This document shows positions 1 through 13,600 of a stretch of DNA of 64,000 nt, in pieces. The DNA comes from Camelus dromedarius (Eukaryota), in the NCBI RefSeq assembly GCF_036321535.1, contig NC_087437.1, positions 100,814,001 to 100,878,000 of the forward strand. The letters run 5' to 3'. Below the pieces are notes generated by a model. It saw only the letters and a list, made by a program, of their open reading frames with translations, was not told the DNA's origin and made no database searches. The number at the start of each line of letters is the position of its first letter. Within the stretch, counting starts at the first letter, position 1. The translations under genes and the position numbers were made by a program.

Positions 1-108
1 TTATATTCTCACCAACAGTGTAGGAGGGTTCCATTTCCTCTGCACACTCTCCAGCATTTATAATTTGTAGTCTTTTTTGATGATAGCCATTCTGACCAAT
101 ATGAGGTG
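1..108 (-). mobile_element. LINE-1 fragment (ORF2 3' region, antisense), cut by window edge
   Basis: 'caccaacagtgtaggagggttcc...ctctccagcattta...gatgatagccattctgacc...gaggtga' matches the familiar antisense L1 ORF2 text. Confidence 0.8.
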
Positions 109-1614
109 AGTTCATTCAGAAACAGAACCATGTTTGGTGTGTCTTTTTACCAACCCAGCAACAGTGTTGTCTATTTTTCTTATATATGTTTAAAATGTAT
201 CTGAAAGAACACACAAGACTACTAAACAGGACTTGTTTTGGTGAGATGAGTGGAAACCAGGAGAATTGGGAAAAAATTGAAACAAGATGATGCTTCATAG
301 TAGATATCTTTGATTTCACATTAATGAAAAACGTAGATCGCATACTCAAAATTAAATGACATACAAACATACAGTAACTCTAAAATATTCTTTAGATTTT
401 AGGGGCATTTATCATCAAGATCCATATAAAATAGGCACATACAGACAGTACACTTCCTCTGGAGGGATGCTGCAAGGGAATCCAGCACATTCGGAAGGAA
501 AGGCAGGAAGAGACGGGATTAGAGGGACCTAAAAGGAATATGTGTTAGGAACCAAAGGTAAACTCTGCAGCCTTGTAAGCCAGTCTTGTTAATAACTTTT
601 TAATGGCTGCCAACTTTGGGGAGAAACTGTGGTGCATCGTTTTCACAAAAATCCTTCCCCTTCATGCTTGGGAAGATGCATTGCTTATTTCTCTCAGATT
701 TCCAAGGGATGGAGTCATTATTTTTAGTTATAGATGACATGAGTTGTGATAGAAAATGCAAAACATTTCCTTTCAATACTAAATAGAAGATGCTCTTCCT
801 GTCTCTTAGCAATACTCATTGAAGTGTTGCTATAATATCTTGTTTTTATATAAATTGATTTTTTATTATAGTCCTCTGAAACTTTTCATGTTTCCTGTCG
901 TTTATAATAAAAGAAATAAATGGATTCATATGTTTAAAGTAGTTGTTTAAAGTTTATTTTAAAACAGTAAAGTTTTTCTTTTTTTTTTCCCTGCATGGGG
1001 TAGGGGAGGCAGAGGAGAGAGAGGAAAAAAAAAAGTTACATCCCGGACAAAAGGTTCAGACTTTGTACACTTAAACCTTCTAAAATCTTAGATTAGCCAA
1101 TTTAATTTATCTGCATCTTCCTGCCAGACAGATTTTAAGGAAGATACTTGTTTTAAATAATATACAAAATTCTAATGGTAGTAAGTGTCAAACAATTTTG
1201 CTATGAAATCAAGGTTCTTAACATGAACATTATTAAGATTTCCTGTGTCTGCTATTTACATTGATAAATTATCAATAAATTCTAAATTTCAATAAATAGA
1301 AATTTTAAAAATTAAAATTTTACAGCATATTTGTTGTATGTATGTAGTGTATGGGTATTTAACTTTTATCTTATCAGTGTAATACTCATGAAGATGGAAA
1401 GGATGATGATTTAACTAGCAAATAAAACCTCCTCTTATTAGAAATTTGGATTGATCTGAATTTAGAAAATCTGGGTTCAAGTCAGAACCCTTCCAGTCAC
1501 CAGCCCTGTGATGGGGCAGGACAGGGATATGTCTCTCTCCCTGTCGCAGGAGTCTCATGGTTAAATGCAGCTGATGGCATCTAACACAATGGATGGTTAA
1601 CAGAAACACATTTA

Positions 1615-1652
1615 CAGGCATACCTTGCTTTATTGGACTTTGCAGATAGCGC

Positions 1653-1685
<33 letters not shown>

Positions 1686-2067
1686 TGAAGGTTTGTGGCA
1701 ACACTGTGTAAAGCAAGTCTATTGACACCATTTTTCCAGCAGGATTTTCTGACTTCATGCCTCTGTGTCACATTTGAGTATTTCTCACCATTTTTGAGTA
1801 ATAGAACCATTTTTGTTATGTTGATTTGTGATCAGTGATCTTTGATGTTAACACTGTGACATGCTGAAGGTTCAGATGATGGCTAGCATTTTTTTTTAGC
1901 AACTAAGTATTTTTAAATTAAGGTTTTTGAGACATGCTGTTGCACACTTAGTAGACTGCAGTGTAGTGTAAATGTATCTTTTACATGCACAAGGAAACCA
2001 AATGATTCATGACTCGCTTTATTGTGGTGGTCGGAGCCAAACCTGCAATCTCTCTGAGTTATGCCCG
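1615..2067 (+). mobile_element. Tigger1-type (Tc1/mariner-pogo) non-autonomous DNA transposon
   Basis: Begins TA|CAGGCATACCT and ends GAGTTATGCCCG|TA (imperfect TIRs, TA target duplications); internal 'acaaattgaaggtttgtggcaac' and 'actcgctttattgtggtggtc' are Tigger1 end sequences. Confidence 0.85.
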
Positions 2068-3590
2068 TAAAATTGTATAAAAACATTTTCTAAATTTTAG
2101 TGATCTATAAAATGTTGTTATTCACTTGCTTATAGTATAGATTAACTGGAAAATTTACAAGACTCCACACTGCTTTGTTGGGTAGATAAATCTGCAGAAC
2201 AAAAGATAGTGACAAGGTCTGAATGAAAATATTACTTTCTGATTAAAAGTTCCAGCTTTTTAAAACACCAAGACTTCTGTGTTGAAGTCACTATTATTAG
2301 TATTACTACTATATATGCACTCAGAATAATAAGTTGGTGATGATTAGATCACTAATTTTTCAGTTTTGCATCTTTTCATTTGATGGGAACAAACTCAGCC
2401 ATGCTGTATGACAGTGCCATTTGTTGATGATTTATAAAAACTATTCATGTTAATCTGATTGACTTTTCCCAAAGCTGCTTACATCTCACGTCAACATTTT
2501 ATACTGATAAGTTAATTAATTTGGTGCCTCCCTCATTGCAGTGGATAGTTTTAATTTTTCAGCCTGCTGGAATCACATACATAATATGTGGATGGTGTAC
2601 CATAAGACAGCACTGTGATAGACAGTTTCAAATTTATGAATGTGTATAGTCATTAGGGCGTGTCTACATACCAAAAACCTCCCCTTGTAAATTGCTTTTC
2701 GTGCCATGTTTTTTTCTTAATGCTCATCTGTAATGACAAAATGGCGGATGAATAAACCAACAGATGGTTTTATCTCAATGGCTGCACCATGGAATGCATC
2801 ATTAGTTTCATGTCTGTGCTGCACAAGGAATGCTGCCTTTTCTATGGGCATCTGGCTGGCAGTTCCTCCAGGGGTTGTCACACACATAATCTAAGCATCC
2901 CAGCTGTGTTTTCAGTTCCCTGGTGTCTACTTTGGCATGAAAAGGTGCTCACGAGCCAACCTAATCCTCCGGTTAAATCTGTGAGCAGCTAGAGGATGAC
3001 TCTTAAATCTGAAAGCCCTAATGTCTACCCTGACCTACTTCTTTCATTTAAATTGGTTTGTCAAAGATTTTTTTTCTCTTTAGTTTTGATTGAGGAGATT
3101 AAGGATTATTGTAAGACATAAGATGCTTCATTTCAACTAAAAACATTGATATAGTGAGATAAAACAGAGGGTAATTAATTAATGAGGTTACCATTCAATG
3201 CAGTCAGAAAGTTTTGTTGCTGTCTTGTGTTTTAGCTCACCAAGTGAAAGTAGTGGTGAATGCACAATTTTCCTAATTTATCATAAGAAGACAAATTCCC
3301 AGATTAAAGGTCTATAAAGTTTACTTGGGGGAGCGGTGAGGTTGACCTCATGAGCTCATCAATTTATGAATCTCCTAAAGCTCTTTGGATATGCTAGGGA
3401 GGTATGGTTAGAACAACAGACACCGACAAAAGTATGTTTTGATAGCCTGATGAAGCAGAACTACAAATAAAACTATAAAAATCACGCATGTAAAATATAT
3501 GTGCATGGGAGAAGGCAAGATCAGGTGAAATCAGGTGAAATACCACTTTTATTTTCTCATGCATAGATTGCTGACACATTATTATGAAAT

Positions 3591-4735
3591 TGTCTATTAG
3601 TCAGACTTTCTGTGATAGTCATATAACAACTGCAGTACTTCCATGGCTTGCGTGAGAAAGGATTTATTCCTTACTCACAGGTCTGCAAGATGGCAGAGGC
3701 ATCTCTTTTCTGGGATCCAGGTGCATTTAAATGTGTTCAATATATCTGGCGTTCTGTGCTGTAAGTTGAATAAACATGATCTAACTAGGGCATATTCTTC
3801 TCATGGCAGAAGGGACTAGTTAAGAGGCCAAACCAGAACACACAAGTACGTTTAAACCCTCTGCCTGGCTGGGTTGTATGTCACATCCCATCACACTCCT
3901 TTGTTCAAGGCAAACTGCATAATTGAGGCAAACATCAGTAGGGTGGAAACATATACTTCCCCAGTGGTGGGGTAGGGAGAATGACTATTTGTGGTAAAAT
4001 TATGCAACCTACTCATAATTTGTTTGTAACATTAACTTTCCTTTCTCCCCCCTCCACAGAATATGTTCACCCCTATGTGAGTGAAGACCCCTTCCTCCCC
4101 TCCAAGTTTTGTGCTTTCATGGTATCAGACTTGAAGTTCAAAATCTTGTGATAATTGCTACATCATAGCTTCCCCAAACAACATTCAGTGGTGGAATAGG
4201 ACAAGATAATCTCTAAAAAGCATGGTTTCCTGGCCACCCACATCTGGCCCCAAAGCCAATGTCATAAATTTTACATTTTCCTTCAGGCAACCCACTTCTG
4301 GTATCAATGTCTCTATTAGTTTGGTTTTGCTACAGTAATGTTAGGGAACAATGGATTGAAGCATGCCAGTAACTTACAACATCCAGTTCCCACAAGTGGT
4401 CCTGGGGGTTGGATGTCGGGGCTCTGCTCTAGATGGTCACTGATGTCTGTTATCCTGTGTCCCAGGATGAAGAAGCAGTTGCTACCTGGGAAAGATCTTC
4501 CCTTGTGGAAAGATCTAACGTGCAAAAGAACAAGAGAAACCACCCGTGCTCACTTTAAGGTTTTGCTTGGATATGGCTTATGTCACATCCTTTCACACTC
4601 TGCTGGCCAAACTAAGTCATGTGGCCAAAATGGAAATCAATTAAATGGAGAATTTTATTGCTCCTGTAGAAGGTATGAGTTGGGGGCGGGGGGGGGGGGT
4701 TGTCAATATTTGTGAAAGTAGTGCAGTCTACCTCA
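3591..4735 (-). mobile_element. MaLR (MLT1-like) remnant: LTR (~3591-4015), short internal piece, LTR (~4308-4735)
   Basis: Two diverged direct repeats share 'tatgtcacatcc' (3877, 4579), similar starts (tgtctattagt / tgtctctattagt) and similar ends (caacctactca / cagtctacctca); 'cccacttctggtatcaa' before LTR2 resembles the MaLR internal terminus. Confidence 0.65.
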
Positions 4736-6369
4736 AATAACTGAGAAATAATTAAGTGGATTGTAGCCAAATAGAATATAGTTGTGGACTTCAGGAAGGA
4801 GAGGTTTCTAAACTTACCCTAAGAGCAAACTATTACCATTAAATATCCTCCTTTGTTTCTTTGGGAAATTTTCTCAGTGCCCTTCAGGGTCTTCACTGTT
4901 CTAATTCTACACAAAATTTGCTTTGCTCGAAATTTCCTTGTAGAGAAAAAAGCTGGGAAGAAGGTGAATCATACAAAAGCAACAAAATAAAAATCACTCA
5001 AATTGTAGGCCGCACATCACTGGTTTTTGTTTGTTTTATTAATCTTGAAAAGATGATTTTCAATGAGGAAATTATGCATTTCAGGGTTACAAAATTAGCA
5101 TTATTAGCTTCTTGTGCAATTGTGACCTTTTTAATGAAATAGTTTTACATTTCTGGGATCACTTTTAGAAAAAGGAAAAAGGAAATAAAAACTAAATATT
5201 CTATTCAAGATTTTAGGCTTATAATTACTTGAACTTCATTATCTCTAACACTCATTGACACCATATAATATGGCTTTATACTTTATTATAAAATATGACA
5301 AGACAACGTGGGGTAACTACTCATACATGCAAAGAAAGTAACATCAGTTTATGTCTAGTATCATTTTATAAATTAAAAGCTTGGTTAAAGAGGGCTGTCT
5401 GGAGTTACAAGGTGGGTTAATATGCTTCAGTAGCAGTGTTATGCATTAAAATACCAATCAAGAAGGTAGAATACGACTATGAATCACTGAGTAGCAGAGT
5501 TATAATAATTTTGGCATAATTTTTGTCACTACTGACCAAAATTATTTTTATGATAATGGTTTTCTCAAAAGATAGCTATGAAGGAAGATGAACACAAACT
5601 GCTAGAAATACAGATGCTTTTTTATTTTATGATTTTTCTTTTACTTAGAGGATCTTCATTTATTCCTGCACAGGTGCCTCAGTTTTTACAATCTGTTTGA
5701 TTCAATTCAACAAACCCTTATGTATCCTCAGCCATGGGCAAGACAGTATGGGGATATGAGGACAAAATGGCCCTTTAATTGGTGGTATTATAGTTCACTG
5801 GGAAGAATGTCTCTGGTAGTTTGTCTTTGAAGAAACAAATTTACTCAGCTTTCAAAATTTAAAAAGTGCTAATCAGCGTTAGCATAAAATGGCAGTATTT
5901 CTGATAAAGATTTTGACAAGGGAAGTGTCAGCTCCTCTCCAGGTCCACTAACGTGCTCAACATTTTTGGTTCCAACATCATGAAGTGACACCACTTGGAG
6001 AGTTCCCTGCAGGAACCTATTTATTTTATAACCTATTCAGCAGAAATTGTTTCCATGGCTGCCGGCCACTGGGTGGGTACTTAACTCTGCGACTTGGCAC
6101 AGCAGTGCTTCCTTCCATTTGACTTAATTTAAGCATTTTCTGCAGCTCTACCTTTCAGTGAATACCAAGCCTTTCCGAAAAAGGTGCTAGAAAGAGCACT
6201 GAACTGGCTGTTTGAATATCCATGGTGTAGCTCTGGGCACATGACCATTTGGCTCTGCCTTACTTTAATTGTTAATCTATGAAAAAGAGGATTTGAAATA
6301 TATCTTCTCAAGGTCTCTTTCAGCTTTATTTTCTGTTTTGTCTATTCCTTCCCTTCTTCAGTCTCTACT

Positions 6370-6545
6370 GCACAGTACAGTAGAAGTCCTCCAGCTTCAG
6401 AATCAAAGAGCCTGGTGCACAACTGCTTGCTTTGTGAGCTTTAGTGTCCTTATCTATAAAAGAGGGACAACGAACTATGCCTTCATCTCAGTTATTCGGA
6501 AGAGTAAATGAGCTAATCAGCACAGTGCTTAAGACATGGCTCAGC
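6370..6545 (+). mobile_element. Degenerate MIR SINE
   Basis: Core-like 'agtgtccttatctataaaagaggg...gagtaaatgagctaat...agtgctt'. Confidence 0.5.
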
Positions 6546-7334
6546 AAGGAGGTGCCTTCCCTTTTTGGTCTCCCTTTTCCTTTCCATCTCTGATCATGTT
6601 TATCCTTATTTGCACCTTAGGTCTGTATAAAAGGTGCCTGGCTAGATGTTCAGAGAATAAGAAAGAGATGAGCCTCCCTGCGTTCTAGGGAGGCTTCTGT
6701 TTGGAAAGACCACAGCTGAATAGTGGGCATGACTGCCTTGGTGGCCCCAGCTTATTGTGACAGGAGAGAGCTTGTAGTTTCAGATAAGAAAGTGGTGGCC
6801 AATTCTAGCCACTCTGATACAGTTAGAATAATTCTGCTTTAGTTTAACTAGAACACTCTAGAGATGGTTTCTCTGGAAATGAAGCTGTCAGAAAAGAGCA
6901 CTGCTGAGATCAAGGTTTAGCAAATTGCCATTGGTCCCATGCTGTCTTAAAAATTTCTGCCCCATTTGTTTACCGGTCCTGTTATTTACTTGATATTTTT
7001 TTCTTTAAAATGACCTAAATTCTTCACTATTCAGTCTAGTTCAAGTAGTAATATTTGTAAGATCATGTTTTTGATGTGCTAATTATGGTGATATCTTAAT
7101 ACACATAAAAGTAAATATATAATTATTAAAATTTAAGAAAACCTGTATTTCACCTAAAACCATCTAGATCATCTTTGGAAAGCACTGACTTGCTTTTGAT
7201 TAGAGTTGGCAAATGGCTGCATGATGGGTGTAGAATTAGGTGTGTGAAATGGGAAAAAAAATCTGCTGTCAGTGGAGGCTAGTGGAGGCTCCAGTCTTCC
7301 TGTGTTAATTGCGTAGGAGGGAGTCTTTTTGAGA

Positions 7335-7580
7335 GGTAGTTTGATGCTGTGTTAAGAGCACAGATTCTAGAGTCTGGCTGCCTGGGTTCAAACCCCAGCT
7401 GTCATCTTTTAGCCATGGGTAGCTTTGGGCAAGTTACTTAGCATCCTTGTGCCTCAATTTTTTTATCTTTAAAAATGGGGATAACAAGAGTGTCGTAAGG
7501 CTTTCGTGAGGATGAAGTGGGTAAACATACGTAAACCTTTTAGAATAGTGCCTGGTACGTAGTAACTATAAACTGATATT
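7335..7580 (+). mobile_element. MIR SINE
   Basis: 'gttaagagcacagattctagagtc...ctgggttcaaaccccagct...gggcaagttactta...gtgcctcaattt...aaaatggggataa...agaatagtgcctggtacgtagtaa'. Confidence 0.85.
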
Positions 7581-10520
7581 ATTAGTATTCCCCTAAGAAA
7601 GAGAGACTCATAGTCTCCGATAACATTATCTCGTGTGAAGACCTGAGTTTAGCTCTAACAGCCCAGCTGATATTTTACTCAAACACCAAACCAAATATTT
7701 TGAATCACATACATATCTTTTTTGCTAAGATAATTGGGCCTTAGTTTTCAATTGTTAGACTACTTCTGGTAAGACTTTATGCATTCCCTTTTCTCATCTT
7801 CTGAAGTGCCAATGAAAAGATTTCATATTCAAAATTGTATTATTTATTACTTTACCCTGTGACTGAAAACAATAAATCTATCAAGGTTTAAAAGTTTAAG
7901 TCAATAAAATACTGTCTCTAGTCTGACCCCAATTTTCAAAAAACACATAATGCGGAATGCATGATATTTTAATTCTTCGGTGATATATCGGAGAATGATA
8001 TTCCAAATTGTTTTCATAGAATGAATCAATAAAGCTTAAACATTTTAAAATGCTAAAATAAAGAAATTTGCCATGCCCAAGGTTTTTGGTTAACTGTGTA
8101 CATTAATATAAGTGCAAAATAGCAAATCACATAATTTTTAACTTTAATGGCAATAAATAAGCTGCTTTGTGTGAAAACTAACATATCCTCATTAAGATGC
8201 TCTACTTTTACTCTGACTACTGTGAGTGGAAAGTGGGTGTTAGCCAGAAAATATAGATTGCTCTCCAGAGAGGGGGTACTTACTTAGATAATCAAGTTTC
8301 TGGAAGGATACCAGGTGACTTCCTTAGGTGTGTAGGAAAAGGAAACAAGTGTAGAGTATCATCTTTTCCCCATTTTGTCATGAAACCTCAAGATGGCACG
8401 ACTAATGGTTAAGCAGAAAAGAAACACCTGTTTCTGGTATTGCATCCTGGCCTCTTAATCCATTTTTACAGCTTTTCTTTCATACATTTTGAGTGTATGC
8501 TAAGGTATCCTTTGATAGATAACTCACTCACGAAGTAAGTGATTATAACAATCATGTAGTGTCTGGGATAAAAGAAGATAATACAATTAAAAGAAGGGGA
8601 TGGGAACAATACATCCCCTCATGTTTAATCCCCATCACTGTTTCTATATGTCTGGTGTGTGGGTGCAAAGTAAGTTATCAAGTGTGTCACTGGAAGGCAG
8701 AAAGGACCTGGAACATGACTTCTGCTCTGAAGGCTTTTTTATTAAATAAAATAAACAACACTGTTTCTGGACTGGTAAAAAGACACACCAAACATGGTTC
8801 TGTTTGTGAACGAACTTACCTTCTAGTTGAGAAGGTTAAAATATATGCATGTAAGCAGCTGAGTAACTTGTGAAAATTGATAGAAACATTTTACAAGGTA
8901 GATTTCGCTCAGAGACAGTGAGTTTTATCCATTTGGGAAAGGCAAGAGAGTGATTGGAGATAGCTTTTTTTGAGAAAAGAGGAGCCGCTGTTTATGATAG
9001 GCATAGAGAAAGAGAGACAGGCATGGAAAGGTGGGGAAAATTGGAGAAGTGTGCATTGAGGTGAGAAAACATAAAAACAATTGGTCACCTGATTGGTTGT
9101 GCTGGCTGATTTATGAAAGTAGAAAGTGGAAATGAATCTAGAATAGTAAAGAGGGTCAAATTTTGGAGGGCTTCAAATGCAGGACAACAGAATTCAAAGT
9201 TTATTTTATTGACTAGAATGTAATTGAAGGCTTTTGAGCAGTAGAATATGTAAAAACCGGTATTTTTTTAAATAGCTTTTGATGGTGGCATTATACATAA
9301 ATTCTTCTAATATTTGTCTCATGTTTTTCTATAAAAATATTTATATTAACAGTGGAAGTAAATTAAGAAATTAATGAGTATATGAGAAATCTATATTCCA
9401 GACAAACAACGTGTTGACTCTGCAGGATAATTGGGTGTACTGGGGCTGGGGGAAGCTAAAACCTAAATCTCAGTCAACAGTTTGGATTGACTACAGCTAT
9501 GTCTGTACTGAATTCCTATTATTGTCTGTGAACTGGGAGAGTTATTTTATGTCATAACAGGTTGAAGAAGTAGCAGTCATCAAGAACAATATGATCAAAT
9601 AATTAAAAAAATTTTTAAATCTAAAAAAATGTTAAAAATTTGTCATACAAGCAACCAACTGGATATATTCCACTTATAATAAATTAGGTGTTCCACACAG
9701 GTTTTCTACCAAAACTTATTGAAAATAGCATTTTGTTGCTATGACAACCTAGAACAGTCACTGAAAACTAGAACATTAAAGGTGAGGCAGAAAAGAGATA
9801 GCTCATTTAGCTAGGTGGTATTCCTTTTTAATTTTTATAAATCCAGGGAGAAATTTGAAACTCTCCAGTGTTCAAAAATGAGTAGTTTTCTCCCTTAAAA
9901 TCATATAGATTTAGAATGTCTAGTTATATTTGCGTCATGTACTGGTTATTAAATAACATGAGTCAACTCCTGTTTATTTTTTCCTGAATCTCAGAAACCT
10001 TTTCCGTCTGTTGGAGCTTTGATTGCTTTTGGTGGATTCTGAACATTCTGACCCTTAGCTCAGGATGTTATAGCTATTGACTGATTGCAACTCTGGTTTT
10101 CAAAGTGTGTTTTATGAATCCTAAGTGTTCCGCAAAATATCCCCAAGATTTCTCTGGAAGGAAGTATGGTCATTATGGTCACTTGTTTTAGGTGCTTTCT
10201 ATTTCTTTTAGGTTTTACCTCAGCACCACACTAGAAATGCAGTTATGGGGCTCAGCAAAAGAGTAGATAGTCTCCTAATTCAAAAAGTTTATAGCAATTT
10301 GATAAAAATGTAATATTTTACATCCTAATAATTTTGACATGAATTTCAGATAACCATTTGAACAATAAATGCACATTTTCTATTCATAAGATATCCTCAT
10401 CTTATGCTCTGATAGTGAACATTATATAAGAATACATACAGTAAAATTTTATATTAACATTCAGATAGGTAAAATTTTATTTTATAATTTCTATTTGTAG
10501 GCTTTTGAAAACTTTAACAT

Positions 10521-10620
10521 ATTTATTTTATTATTTCTTTAGTGGAGGTACTGGGGATTGAACCCAGGACCTTGTGCATGCTAAGCATGTGCTCTACCAC
10601 TGAGCTACAATCCCCACCCC
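10521..10620 (-). mobile_element. tRNA(Ala)-derived SINE, camelid vic-1-like
   Basis: Reverse complement reads GGGGTGGGGATTGTAGCTCAGTGGTAGAGCACATGCTTAGCATGCACAAGGTCCTGGGTTCAATCCCCAGTACCTCC followed by an A-rich tail; Pol III A and B boxes present. Confidence 0.85.
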
Positions 10621-13600
10621 CGCCAAAGAAAAACCTCTTAATTGAAGTCAACGTTTATGAATTCCTAGTGGTAGGCACTGGGATACAGGATATTTTATAC
10701 CATGTTATCTGCTTTAAAGGAGATAGATGTGTCTACAGAAAGAGACATAATGTACCCAATTAATTACTGGAGAAGAAATACAGTGTAATATAAAGAACAT
10801 GAGCAGGAAATTTTTTTTTCTGGATATTAGAAAATAAGCCTCATATAGGAGGTGATAGTCAACCACATGGAAGATGGCAAGGTGTGAACAAGCATTGTTC
10901 TGGGAGGAGCAGAACCTTGCCAGGCAGGTGGGAATGTGGTTACCATATGTATAGATGTTACTGACTGGGGTCTATAGCTGGGTGGAGATAGAAAAAACAA
11001 AATTTAGAGTCCCTGACATTATCATTTAGGAATGTCTAAATTATGGATTCATGTTCACTCTCTCTCATAGAACATATCACTAAAATGTGGGTGACTCTGT
11101 GGTTTCTGCAGAATATGAAGGAAATGTTTAAGATTTTTGAATGCAACTGACAGCCTCTCCCTTTGTAAGCCTAACATCCTTCAGTATCAGTAAAGGAAAG
11201 GAAGGTCTTGGAGGGTTCTTCAGAATTTTGGAAGCCTCCCTTCATCTCTGCCCAGGGATTAAGGAAGTAAGGAGCAAGGAGACCGTCCTTCCTGTGCTGC
11301 ATACCATTATCCGAGGTCCCTCCTACTCCCATCACCCTCATTCCTGTGAGCAGAAAAGGAAGTTCCAAAATCTGGCTTCAGGTGAAAGTAAAAAACTTAA
11401 TTCAGAGATTCATTCCTTCTTTCATTTATTTATTTGATAAATATTTCTCAGGCACTTACTGGTGGGAAATAAAACCTGCTCAGAATTTATAATCTTGTGG
11501 GGACAAACATTAAACAGCAGTATACCCCCAATTTTAACTGAAGAAAAGTACAATATGTGCTCATTAAATGTTTGTTGAATGAATAACAGTTGCAGCCATA
11601 GAGATAAACAGAGAAATAAGCTGGAGTAGACTTGGATTATGTGGTCAGGGAAGGTCTTTCTGCAGTTCTAGGCAGAAAGAGAGGGACAGGTCTCCACACT
11701 TCCTTTATAATCATTATAAAGAGCTTCTTAGGACTGTAAACTATTAACTTGGGTTAGGGAAATCAATGTAGAGTCTGGAAGGAAGACCCCAGGGTCCCAG
11801 TGGCCCTCATCATGTTGGAGTAAGCCATGTGAAGCGGTATGTTTAGGGAGGGGTTGAAGTCGATGGGTGGGGGAATGATTAGGGGATGAAGATATCCAAG
11901 TCTACTTCTGTCTCGTTTTGTTCCCAGTATGCATTTTTTCACAAGTCATTAGAGTTACATGCAGATGAGCCCCGGTGGAGATGAACCTCATCCCACAATG
12001 ATTATCCCAGTTTTATATTAACAATTTTATATTGTCTTGCAACTTTTGTACTATTTGACTTCATAAATATTTAAAAATCTAAACCATTATTTTAAAGTTT
12101 TTAGTGTCAGATTAAATGAGTCCTACCTGTTAGGCAAGATAGGAGGTACTTAGCTAATAGACTCATGATGATTTCTTGCTTTTCTGATGTTCTTGAAAGC
12201 TCTTGAAAATTAAGGCTGCCTTATGAATCTTTGTGTCCATGCTTTGGAGAGGAATATTACAGCATCACTTCCTTATATAATATGACCAGTTAATTTTTTC
12301 TGGCGTAAGGGATTTGATAATAGAAATTTTCTTACCTTTGGGATTTTCCCTTCCTGTTTCAGGCTTATTTTTAAAAGGTTTCTTTACAATGCAGAATATT
12401 TAGACTTTATTACAGAAAAATGATAACTTGTATGTGTATATATATAAAAAAGCATAGTCTAAAGGATAAAGAGACTTTTATGGATGCTGATATCCATGAG
12501 TTACTGGAGAGTGTGTACCTTGCTTTTCCCCAAATTTCCATTTTGCTTTGCTGCAGGATTCACATGCATTTGGCACAAAAGACTTTACCCTTAGAAATAG
12601 TGTATGGACAAATACTGCAGTGACAGATGCACCTCCAGCAGGATATTTAAATTGATTTTTTTGTCCTAATATCTTTATTTTTCCTCATGTTTTCTCTAAC
12701 ATTATATGTCATTCCACATAACCCAGTTTCTTGCTATTACTGCTGCTCTGACACCAATTGTTTTCTAGTCACTTGATATGTTTGGAGAAGCACTGAATAT
12801 TTGTGAATACAATAAAGGCATATTTTACGTTTTCTAGGTCTTTAGCTGTTCCTCTTCCTGGTACACTTCCCTTTTGAATAAAATGGAGAACTTTTAAAGA
12901 AAACAAATCTGGGTTCATCAAATATTCATTAATAGTTTTATGGTCTCTTAGATGTAATTTTCTTTCACTCAGCTTGGCACTCAGTTTTATTTATTTTGCT
13001 TGGATTTTCCATTTATGTGGCATCTGTGATATATCGATCTGTTACTCAAAGGATCATAGGAGAATTTTCCAGGACTCCTATTTTCTGATTAACTTGATAA
13101 TTAAATAAGAGAGTACACCCATTCATTGTAAATTGACATTGTCTTTTTCATAGAAGAAGAAAGGAGGAAGGGAAGGAGGAGGAAAGGGAAAAAAGAAGGA
13201 AGATAAGTGTTAGATTTTCCTAACTTTAGAGAAATAGGATTATAAAGCTGAAAAGGACTTTAGAAATAATCTAGTGATTCCCAACCTCTCTGATTGTGAA
13301 GCTCTATTTTTAACAAATGTATTTTTCCATGACCCCACATAATAACAATTGTTATTTCAGTAAATATTGATCAAAAATATATGGATAAAAGTTTTACGAA
13401 TTTATTGACATTTAAAAATTGAACTTACATCTGTATACATTTGGAAACTTAGTGGATACATATATGTATATATATAAAATATATGACATGTTCTGGCTGG
13501 GGATAATCCTTAGTGCACATAAAGATTAAGATCTGAAAAATTTGTGAAGTATTTCTGGGGCAGAATGGCATTCAGTCAGGAAGCACAGAACTTCAACTCA

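Noticed and set aside
1415..1810. 131-aa minus-strand ORF with poly-Lys
   Set aside because: Poly-Lys comes from the poly-T run in the Tigger element; no transposase or other domain
10542..10612. Possible tRNA-Ala gene
   Set aside because: Acceptor stem is poorly paired and an A-rich tail follows; a second diverged copy has a TSD, so it is a SINE
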